Position numbers and translations under genes: made by a program. A stretch of 64,000 nucleotides of DNA from an uncultured Alphaproteobacteria bacterium (GTDB lineage Bacteria > Pseudomonadota > Alphaproteobacteria > Rhizobiales > Xanthobacteraceae). The notes beneath the pieces are model-generated. The model saw only the letters and a program-made list of their open reading frames with translations. It was not told the DNA's origin and made no database searches. The stretch covers positions 13,344-77,343 of the forward strand of contig CAWESR010000001.1 of assembly GCA_963811795.1 (NCBI GenBank), in the 5' to 3' direction. Positions 55,217-64,000 of this stretch are shown piece by piece. The first letter of the stretch is position 1. Each line of letters begins with the position of its first letter.

Positions 55217-56129
55217 ATGGAAATGAGCCTCTTGGAACGTGGATACGTCGATTTCCTAACCGGGATTCAGGACCGGGCACTGCCACCACTCCGGGTGGTG
55301 AATGTGTCGCAGGTGCGACAACTGAGCCCGTTCCGCTACCCCGGAGGCAAGACGTGGTGCGTCCCGCAGGTGCGCCATTGGTTCGTCTCAACAACAGCGC
55401 TTTGGAATTTTGATCGAGCCATTCGCCGGCGGTGCCAGCATTTCGCTCACGGCGGCTGTTGAGGATTGGGCCGACAAAGTCGTCTTTGGTGAACTTGATC
55501 CTCACGTCGCGGTTGTTTGGAAGGTTATCTTTGGGCGCAGCGAGGACGATGCCCGTTGGCTTTGCCGACAGATTAAGTCGTTTCAAATGACCAGAGATGA
55601 AGTCGTAAGACGGTTAGCTCTGCCGGCACGATTGAACAAAGAAAAAGCATTCCGAACCATCTTGCGCAACCGAAGTACAACCGCGGAGGCATCATGGCCC
55701 CCGGCGCAAGTCTCGTTAAGGCGGGCGAGAGATGGTAAGGGAATTGGCTCGCGCTGGTATCCTGCGACATTGATCGAACGGATAAGAACAATCCGAGAGG
55801 AACGCGCCAAAGTATCTTTTTTTGCCAAGGACGCCTTTGAAACCATTGCCCAATTTAAAGATCGAACTGACGCCGTGTTTTTTATCGATCCACCTTATAC
55901 GGCGGGTGGCAAGAATGCTGGATCGCGCTTGTATTCTTGCAACTCGATCGATCACGCTAAACTCTTCGCTGCTATGAGCGAGATAAAAGGCAAGTTTATG
56001 CTGACATATGATGATAGCGCTGATGTCCGGTCACTGGCAGAGAGGCATGGGTTCGCGGTGAATATGGTTCCGATGAAATCAACTCACCACACGGTTCACT
56101 ATGAACTTCTGATCACGAAAGCCGTATAA
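55217..56129 (+). CDS. Dam-like (D12 class) DNA adenine methyltransferase; several indels
   Basis: SPFRYPGGK, IEPFAGGAS, FIDPPY, LTYDD; frame break near 55390-55410 and three compensating insertions near 55670-55730. Confidence 0.88.
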
Positions 56130-57035
56130 TCTTCTTTTTGGCAGCCTTCGTGGTCGCCTTTGAGCACGCCAGTAAGCCTTTCCTCAAATGCCTCTTTCGA
56201 TCGCGGCTTGCCGGCTGTGAGTGCTTCGACAGAGCTTTCCAGTGTCGTGTAAACCTTGTCTGCAAAACTAATTTTTCCGGTTGTCGGGTCATAATTCACA
56301 ATGAACCACGCAATATCGCAATTGCTTAGATGTGGGATATGGATCTATTGGGCCAAGCGATTTGAAAAACGGCATATCCACTACCACCGTCATTCTTTTT
56401 CCCCCAACGGCGCAGCGTTGGGACTTTTGTTTGAAGCTGAGGCATAAGCCGCTTGGGCCCCGACGAACGAAAATCAGGGCGTCTCTGCTTATCGGGAAAT
56501 ACAAGTCCGTCAGCTTTTGTGTATTGAGCAAGATGCGAGGACATCCCAGCCCCAGAAAAGTAGTATTGCCTGCAATTCTAAGGCACAACATTCATTTGTA
56601 TTTGTTTCGATGCAGCAGCACTGTATCGATACGCCCAACGGCCTCACGCTCCTTTTCTTCCTCATCCTCTTTGTCGCTATCCCCTAATATGCTTTCGAGG
56701 AAATCCACCTCTTTAATAAGAATGGGCTTCGAAGTTCCTAAAATCTCTTCACCAATCCATCGAAATACCTTGGCGTCCTGCCAGAAACGAGAGGGGCACA
56801 TCGTTACGAAGCCCGACCGGCTTGACCGATCCCAATGTTTGACTGTGAAGCTGTAGCGAGCAAACACCCCCCTTTATTACACTTCACCCAGGCTCAACAG
56901 TTTCCCGGAAGGGACATGGCATATCGGCCTGCTTGAAGCCCATTGCCGCTTTTTCTGCCAATTTCTTAAGGTGCGGTCCGGCCTGCTCGAAACGACCTTA
57001 CCAAACCATTCGCCGACGCCATACCGCTCAGACAT
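56099..57035 (-). CDS. NotI-family restriction endonuclease; several frameshifts
   Basis: fragments GVGEWFG, PCPF, GGVCS, MCPSRF, GRIDTVL, SSGPKRLMPQLQTKVPTLRRWGKK, VVVDMPFF read across frames. Confidence 0.78.
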
Positions 57036-57097
57036 AAACCGCCCCAATTACTAGCGGCGGCAACCATAGGTGGCCTACTTTGAAATGTCGATTGGTC

Positions 57098-57790
57098 TCA
57101 TTCGGTACATCTGACCGGTCTTTGCCGGATATGGCTTAATGCCTCATCGCCGCTGACTGGGCGATCCGCAGGCAACGCGAAGAAATCGCCTGTGCCACTA
57201 ATGGCTTCATCAAGCATCTGACGATAGCGAGGCCGTGGCACTTCAATCGCGCCGAAGCTGCGCAGGTGATTAGTTACGAATTGCGTGTCTAACAGAACGA
57301 AGCCACCCTTCATCAGACGCGCAACGAGATGAACCAGCGCTACCTTTGAAGCATCGCGCGTGCGATGGAACATGCTCTCGCCAAAAAAGGCGCGCCCCAA
57401 ACTCACACCATAGAGCCCACCCACGAGATCATCGCCTTGCCAGGCTTCGACGCTATGGCAATGTCCTATATCATGCAGGGCTGTGTAGAGATCGCGAATG
57501 GGCCGATTGATCCATGTATCTTCGCGGTCCGCTTGCGGGGATGCACATCCGTCTATCGTCTGCTTGAAGGCAGTATTGACTTCGATACGGAAGATATCGG
57601 AGCGAACAGTACGTGCCAGCCGCGATGAGATTCGAAAGCTCTCAAGCGGGATGACACCGCGCAGCTCCGGCTCGACCCAAAAAAGGGTTGGATCGGTCGC
57701 GCTCTCCGACATTGGGAAAATGCCGCAGGCGTAGGCGCGCAGCAAAACTTCTGGCGTAATTTCGGATGATACGGAGTTACGCGAGCTCAT
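57098..57790 (-). CDS. aat: leucyl/phenylalanyl-tRNA--protein transferase
   Basis: [37 protein letters not shown]. Confidence 0.96.
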   Translation of the reverse strand: MSSRNSVSSEITPEVLLRAYACGIFPMSESATDPTLFWVEPELRGVIPLESFRISSRLARTVRSDIFRIEVNTAFKQTIDGCASPQADREDTWINRPIRDLYTALHDIGHCHSVEAWQGDDLVGGLYGVSLGRAFFGESMFHRTRDASKVALVHLVARLMKGGFVLLDTQFVTNHLRSFGAIEVPRPRYRQMLDEAISGTGDFFALPADRPVSGDEALSHIRQRPVRCTE

Positions 57791-57886
57791 GTCCCCATCA
57801 TAGCAGGGCGTGAGGGCCTTCGCGACAGCGTTGATTTAGGGAACTTGGTTTTGCCAATCGTGCGCAAGACTTACTAAGTGCAGCAC

Positions 57887-59242
57887 TTATGAAGCTTTGA
57901 TATCTCCGACGGCGAGATATTGCTCAAGCCAGTGGATGTGATAGTCGCCATCAATAATGTTGGACTCTCGCACCAACGCCCGGAACAAGGGGAGAGTGGT
58001 TTCCACGCCTTCCACGACAATTTCGTCGAGCGCCCGGCGTAACCGCATCAGGCATTCAGCGCGGGTTTTGCCGTGCACGATCAGCTTGCCGACCAGCGAG
58101 TCATAATACGGTGGAATGACGTAGCCTTGATAGACTGCGGAATCGATCCGCACACCGAGTCCGCCGGGTGGATGAAACTGCGTAATCTTGCCGGGCGAGG
58201 GACGAAACGTCACCGGATTTTCCGCATTGATGCGACATTCGATGGAGTGGCCGTTGACCGCAATTTCATCCTGCTTGCAAGGCAGATCACCGCCGGTAGC
58301 GACACGGATTTGCTCAATCACAAGATCGATTCCGGTGATCATTTCCGTCACTGGATGTTCGACCTGGATACGGGTGTTCATTTCGATGAAGTAGAACTCG
58401 CCATCTTCATAAAGGAACTCGATGGTGCCGACGCCGAGGTATTTCAACTCGCGCATGGCTTTGGCGCAGGTTTCACCGATTTTTGCCCGCGCGGCAGCAG
58501 TTAGGATGGGCGAGGGGCCTTCTTCCCAGACCTTCTGATGGCGGCGTTGCAATGAGCAGTCGCGCTCCCCAAGATGGATGGCGCCGCCGCGGCCATCGCC
58601 GAGAACCTGAATTTCGATATGGCGTGGTTTGCCGAGATATTTCTCAAGATAAACCGAACCATCACCGAACGCCGACTTGGCCTCGTTGCTGGCGGTCGAT
58701 AATGCCAGCATGAGATCGGCTTCGGTTGGAGCGACTTTCATCCCGCGCCCGCCGCCGCCTGCGGCAGCTTTCACAAGAACCGGAAAACCGATTTTCTTGG
58801 CGATCGCCATGGCGTCGTCGCCCGCGCCCACAGCTCCGTCCGAGCCTGGCACAACCGGAATACCGAGGCGTATCGCGGTTTTCTTGGCCTCGATCTTGTC
58901 GCCCATCAAGCGGATGTGCTCGGCCTTCGGTCCGATGAAATGCAAATTGTGTTCGGCAAGAATTTCGGCAAAGCGTGCGTTCTCCGACAAAAATCCGTAG
59001 CCCGGATGTACGGCATCCGCACCGGTGATCTCGCAGGCAGCGAGTAACGCCGGAATATTCAGATAGCTGTCTTTCGAAGTCGGAGGTCCGATGCAGACGC
59101 TTTCGTCAGCAAGTCGCACATGCATGGCATTGGCGTCGGCGGTCGAATGGACTGCGACAGTCGCTATGCCCAGCTCTTTGCATGCACGCAGGATGCGAAG
59201 TGCAATCTCGCCGCGATTTGCAATCAGGATCTTGTCAAACAT
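57887..59242 (-). CDS. accC: acetyl-CoA carboxylase biotin carboxylase subunit
   Basis: [43 protein letters not shown]. Confidence 0.98.
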   Translation of the reverse strand: MFDKILIANRGEIALRILRACKELGIATVAVHSTADANAMHVRLADESVCIGPPTSKDSYLNIPALLAACEITGADAVHPGYGFLSENARFAEILAEHNLHFIGPKAEHIRLMGDKIEAKKTAIRLGIPVVPGSDGAVGAGDDAMAIAKKIGFPVLVKAAAGGGGRGMKVAPTEADLMLALSTASNEAKSAFGDGSVYLEKYLGKPRHIEIQVLGDGRGGAIHLGERDCSLQRRHQKVWEEGPSPILTAAARAKIGETCAKAMRELKYLGVGTIEFLYEDGEFYFIEMNTRIQVEHPVTEMITGIDLVIEQIRVATGGDLPCKQDEIAVNGHSIECRINAENPVTFRPSPGKITQFHPPGGLGVRIDSAVYQGYVIPPYYDSLVGKLIVHGKTRAECLMRLRRALDEIVVEGVETTLPLFRALVRESNIIDGDYHIHWLEQYLAVGDIKAS

Positions 59243-59263
59243 CGCGGCGCCTGATGGAGCAAG

Positions 59264-59754
59264 TTATTCAACAATGACAAGGGGCTCGCCAAATTCCACC
59301 GGCTGGCCATCCTCAACGAGAATTTGCGTGACGGTTCCAGCGCGAGTCGACGGAATTTGGTTCATTGTTTTCATGGCTTCAATGATCAAAAGAGTATCGC
59401 CCACTTTGACTTTGCTGCCGATATCGATGAACGGCTTGGCACCCGGTTCGGATGCGCGATAGGCGGTGCCGACCATTGGTGAGAGCACGGCTCCAGGATG
59501 TTTGGCGATATCTGCAGGTGTGACAGCTGCAGCCGGAGTCGCCACTGGCGCCTGCTGCAGGCGCATGCGATGCCACAGGTGCTACAGCAGCAATGCTGAT
59601 GTTGCGGGCCACACGCACCCGCAGGCCCGAGCGCTCGATTTCAATCTCGGTAAAGATTTGTTTCCTCAAGCAGAATAGCCAGCTCCCGGATGAGCTCACG
59701 CTCATCGGGTTGCTTTGTCTTGGAAGGGGATGTGTCTTGCGGCTGGCGGGCCAT
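59264..59754 (-). CDS. accB: acetyl-CoA carboxylase biotin carboxyl carrier protein (frameshifts near 59655 and 59570)
   Basis: SPMVGT, EAMKTMN biotinylation motif; N-terminus MARQPQ...LIRELA and EIEIE in other frames. Confidence 0.92.
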
Positions 59755-59786
59755 GCTTGATCCGGATTTTTTAAACGAGGGTGGCG

Positions 59787-60240
59787 TCAGGATTTTGCGG
59801 AAACATTGATCTTGGCGGCGAGTTCCGCTGATGCGAGGCGATATCCGTGATGCCGAAGCCGGGCAGCGTTGCGAAGGCGGCTTTTGCAGTGAAGGAGTGA
59901 TGGCGGAAGTTCTCACGTGCGTAAACGTTGGTGATATGGACTTCCACGGTTGGGATTTTGACGCCAGTCAGCGCATCATGAAGTGCGATGGAGGTGTGAG
60001 AGTAGCCCCCGGCATTGAGAATAATGCCCGCGATTTTCTTCGAGCCAGCTTCATGGATGAAATCCACCAACTCGCCCTCACGGTTGGTTTGACGACACTC
60101 GGCTGTCAGTCCGTAACGTGCAGCAGTGTCGTGGCACAGCTTTTCGATATCGGCGAGGGTGTGGTGACCGTAGATTTCAGGCTCACGGATCCCAGCAGAT
60201 TGAGGTTCGGGCCATTCAGAACATAGATTGTCTTTGACAT
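59787..60240 (-). CDS. aroQ: type II 3-dehydroquinate dehydratase (frameshifts)
   Basis: [32 protein letters not shown]...RENFRH. Confidence 0.92.
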
Positions 60241-60482
60241 CCGAAACCTAAATCCAGTCGGCAATGCAGGGAAGTGTCTGCAATTGATGCGTGTGAGGTG
60301 AGCTTGAACCGGGTTATAGGCAACCTCGGAGCTTGAGGAAAGCCTGAACAGTCTGGCGATCTTCCCCGGATAACTTACTCAAGTGCCTGAAAAGGCCGAT
60401 AGAACACATTGATTTTGCTAATTAACCAATCTTAAAGGATTGGGGCGACAGTGAGGCGTCGCCATTTCCAACCGGCATTCAA

Positions 60483-61250
60483 TCAACAGCTTGCTTTGCC
60501 GCAGCGCGCTTCGGCGATCTTTTTACTCAGTCCGTCAAGGCCAATCGCGCCGATCACAACTTGCTGGCCAATGACATAGCTTGGCGTGCCATTGATACCC
60601 ATCTCGTCAGCCAGTTTCATGTTTTCTTCGAGCGTTGTGCGAACTTCAGGGCTGACCATGTCCTTCTCTAGTCTCGTCATATCAACACCAAATTCCTTGG
60701 CGGCAGCCATCGCGCGTGCCTTGTCAGCCTGACCACGTCCACCGAGCAGCTTCTGGTGGAAGTCGAGATACTTTTTGCCAGTTGGGTCCTGCATGCGTAT
60801 CGCAACAGCAACCTGCGCGGCTTCGAGGGAACTTGGACCAAGCACTGGAATTGTTTCGACACGACCCGCAGATTTGGGTCCGATTTCATCAAGGTGAGCA
60901 TGTCGCTCATGGCTTTTTTGCAATAGCCGCAATTATAATCGAAGAACTCAACAAAACTGACATCGCCGGTTCGATTGCCAAGGACAACATCACGTGGTGA
61001 ATTGAAAATGATATTCGCCTGTTTCTTGATCGCGGCCTGGCTCTTTTCTTCTGCGGTTACCGCTTTTCGCTTCTCGAGTTCAGTTGAAACTTCTTCAAGC
61101 AAATCGGGATTGGCTAGAAGATAGTCTCTTGATGATCTTTTCGATCTCGCCGCGTTGGCTCTCAGAAAAATTTTGGGCGAATGAAGGCACTGATGCGCCG
61201 CAGACAGCAAGCATGACAAGGATGAAAGTCAGGGGGCGGAGTGGGGTCAT
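60483..61250 (-). CDS. DsbA family protein (frameshifts)
   Basis: DYLLANPD, EFFDYNCGYCK, GINGTPSYVIG. Confidence 0.88.
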
Positions 61251-61315
61251 CGGTATTCCTTTTTAAAAATTCTGTTTAGGAACTGCTGGCAATTTGGGCA
61301 GCGGCCATAGTCTAT

Positions 61316-62787
61316 TTATTTATTTTGTTCTGGTCGCGGTTTGGTGTTCACAATGTCGTCGGCTTTGACCCATCCGGGGGTACCGATAGCAAATCTGGTT
61401 TTGGCGCGCGAGGCAAGATCACGCGCCGTTTTGCCGTCACCGCGCATCCAGGCCGCTTGTGCCGATGCGAGATCGGCTTCGGCGTAGTTGCCCTTGCGTC
61501 CATAGGCCATTGCAAGCTGGGTGTAGCCGATCGCTGCTTCCGGCTCTCGCGATAATGCAGCGCGCAAAATCGAAATCGCCTCATCAGCGTAAGCCTTGTT
61601 ATCGGATGCCAGCAAAGCCTGACCCAGTAACATCTCGATGAGGGGCGCATTATTGGAAAGCTGCATGGCCCGGCGCAGCGGTGCGATGGCCTCGGAAGGT
61701 TTCGCTCCTTCCAATAACGCTTGTCCCTTCAATTCGTGAAAATAAGGATTGTTAGGCTGTACCTGGATGAGGCTGTCAATTTGAGACAAGGCAGTTCTAA
61801 GATCGCGGTGGCGATAGGACGTAATCGCGCGGGCATAGCGTGCCGGCAAGCTGTTGTCTGATTGCGGATAGCGACGATAAACCGTGTCGGGACGCTCCAT
61901 GAAGCCGGAGATCTTGGCGCGCATCATATCATGGCGCAGTTGCAAGGCGGGATCGTCCTTCTTCTCCCAATATGAGCTCGATTGCGCCAACTCTTGCAGC
62001 GCCCGGATGCGTTCTACCGGCATCGGATGTGACATGTTGTAGGGATCAGCGCCGCGTGTGGCGTAGAGGCCCTGATCCGCGAAACGCTTGAACGTTTCGT
62101 ACATGCCTTTTGACGATTGTCCCGTCGCGTTCAAAAACTTGATCCCCGCCTTATCAGCATTTTCTTCCTGCTGACGCTGGTAGGAGAGCATGGTGCGCAT
62201 GATTGCCGACTGTGGTGCTGCAATAGCGGCTGCACCGCCGCTGCCTGCACCGGAGCGCGCACCGGCAATGGCCGCGCCGACACCGAGCAACATGGCAATG
62301 ATCAGCTGGGTTTGGGTCTGCGCAATCTGCTCGCGTAATTTGGCGAGGTGACCACCTGCAAGATGGCCAGTTTCATGTGCGAGAACGCCAATGATCTGGT
62401 TGGGTGTGGTGGATTCACGCAGCGCGCCATAATTGACGAAAATACGCCGCCCGTCGGCCACGAAAGCGTTGAACGTACCGTCATTGATAATGACAGCCTG
62501 GATGTTCTGTTTTTCCAGTCCTGCCGCGCGTAAAATCGGCGGGTATATTCGCGCAGCAATTGCTCAGTTTCTGTATCGCGCAGGGTTGGGGGTCCGCTGC
62601 CCTGTTGCGCGTAGGAGGGAAGAGGCGCGCAGATCAGTGCCGCAGCCGTCACTAGCGCCGTCACACGCTTGAACAAGGATGTCGTCGACAGCAGGTGTGC
62701 AGCCGGGGATGTATTCGCGGACGATGACAAGTGGAATGAAGGAAGCATCGAAATGGCGGTTGAATCGTTTATCTTGATTACGTGCAT
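61316..62787 (-). CDS. M48 family metalloprotease with TPR repeats (BepA-like; frameshift near 62540; start approximate)
   Basis: LRDTETE, NAFV, VLAHETGH, SHPMPVERI. Confidence 0.88.
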
Positions 62788-62935
62788 GACATTGGACAGT
62801 TTCGTCCGCTTGGCAATGGAGCCTTACGCTTTTAGGTGTTAAGGCAGATTCTTAACAAGCCGTCGAATACGGCAGGAGAGCGGCATCCTGGCTATATTTG
62901 ATGCGCTATCCTGTCCCTATTGAAGTAGAATTTCC

Positions 62936-64000
62936 ATGCTGGATGCGAGACTTAGAGAGAAAGCCCAAAGCTTGTTGACGCCTTCGGGGCGGAGCAACGT
63001 TCCGCCTTTTATGGCGATGGACGTGATGGCTGCGGCGGCCAGAATTGAAGCCGCAGGCAACCATGTCATCCACATGGAAGTGGGGCAACCTGCGACCCCG
63101 GCTCCGAAGACCGCTCTTGCAGCAGCCCGCGCCGCACTCGATATCGGACGACTTGAGTACACCTCGGCTGTGGGGATTCCTTCACTGCGTCAACGGATCG
63201 CGCGGCATTACCGCGAGGTCTACGGCCAGGATGTGAATCCGGACCGCATCGTTGTTACCACAGGCTCGTCGGGGGCATTCATCATGGCGTTTCTTGCCAT
63301 GTTTGAACCGGGTGATGCGGTGGCGATTACCTCTCCGGGCTATCCGCCATATCGCAATGTTCTGACCGCGCTAGGTTGCGTTCCCGTGCTCATCGAGACG
63401 ACCGCCGCCACCCGTCATGCACTCACCGGTGAAATGTTGCTCGCCGCCCATCGTAAAACTCCGCTGAAGGGTGTGTTGGTGGCAAGTCCTGCCAATCCGA
63501 CCGGCACCATGATGACGCGCGAGGCGATGGCGGATGTGATCGCGGCAGCCGACAGCGCTGGCATTCGTTTCATTTCCGATGAAATCTATCACGGCCTCGA
63601 TTATGCATTTCCGGCAGTCACGGCTCTTGAGTTGTCGCCGAATGCATTGGTCATCAATTCGTTCTCGAAATATTTTTGCATGACCGGTTGGCGCGTCGGC
63701 TGGATGGTCGTTCCGGAACCATTGGTGCGCCCAATTGAACGTTTGCAGCAGAACCTTGCCATTTCCGTACCGGCGATATCGCAGATTGCCGCCGAAGCCG
63801 CTTTCGATGGCCGTGCTGAAATGGATGAGGTCAAGCACTGCTATGAAGCAAACCGCCGTATTCTGATCGAAGGATTTCCCAAGGCTGGCTTGACGGAATT
63901 CTTGCCAGCCGATGGCGCATTCTACCTGTATGCGGATGTTTCAAAATTCACGTCCGACAGTTTTGAGTTCGCCAAGACGATGCTCGAACATGCGCATGTT
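62936..64000 (+). CDS. pyridoxal phosphate-dependent aminotransferase class I/II (runs off window end)
   Basis: HMEVGQP, VTTGSSG, SPANPTG, SDEIYHG, NSFSKYFCMTGWRVG. Confidence 0.93.
   Translation, partial: MLDARLREKAQSLLTPSGRSNVPPFMAMDVMAAAARIEAAGNHVIHMEVGQPATPAPKTALAAARAALDIGRLEYTSAVGIPSLRQRIARHYREVYGQDVNPDRIVVTTGSSGAFIMAFLAMFEPGDAVAITSPGYPPYRNVLTALGCVPVLIETTAATRHALTGEMLLAAHRKTPLKGVLVASPANPTGTMMTREAMADVIAAADSAGIRFISDEIYHGLDYAFPAVTALELSPNALVINSFSKYFCMTGWRVGWMVVPEPLVRPIERLQQNLAISVPAISQIAAEAAFDGRAEMDEVKHCYEANRRILIEGFPKAGLTEFLPADGAFYLYADVSKFTSDSFEFAKTMLEHAHV

Noticed and set aside
60422-60435. CtrA box upstream of aroQ
   Set aside because: The TTAA half-sites are 6 nt apart rather than the required 7.
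1-64000. tRNA, rRNA or CRISPR arrays
   Set aside because: No cloverleaf or T-loop signatures, rRNA-like tracts or regularly spaced repeats were seen.

Overview
Core chromosomal segment of an alphaproteobacterium. Gene order and protein sequences point to Hyphomicrobiales, Nitrobacteraceae (Bradyrhizobium/Afipia-like). The backbone runs fabG-acpP-fabF-mltG-yicC-gmk, rsmA-pdxA-surA-lptD-lptG-lptF, pepA-holC, ndk, cspA, purN-purM, pgsA-like/hdaA, ppk1-ppx, rnd, aspS, malic enzyme, clpS, class II ribonucleotide reductase nrdJ, NDUFA12-like, DUF2155, aat-accC-accB-aroQ, DsbA-like, M48 protease and a PLP aminotransferase. Small accessory patches interrupt it: (i) about 5.4-8.7 kb, secreted low-complexity proteins, two with EcfG-type promoters; (ii) about 19.9-21.3 kb, a trypsin-like protease; (iii) about 25.3-26.7 kb, LysR plus an ABM protein; (iv) about 45.3-48.2 kb, directly downstream of nrdJ; (v) about 55.1-57.05 kb, a Dam-like methyltransferase plus a NotI-family endonuclease. 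The most striking observation is in patch (iv). An ImmA/IrrE-type HEXXH metallopeptidase gene starts 10 nt after the nrdJ stop and ends in an in-frame copy of the nrdJ 3' end (about 86% nucleotide identity by manual alignment, all 6 Cys kept). The peptidase gene is therefore a 790-bp unit bracketed by direct repeats of the nrdJ tail, with no integrase in the window. Many genes, including normally essential ones, carry single-base indels, most likely sequencing or assembly errors. I saw no rRNA, tRNA, CRISPR array, transposase or integrase.
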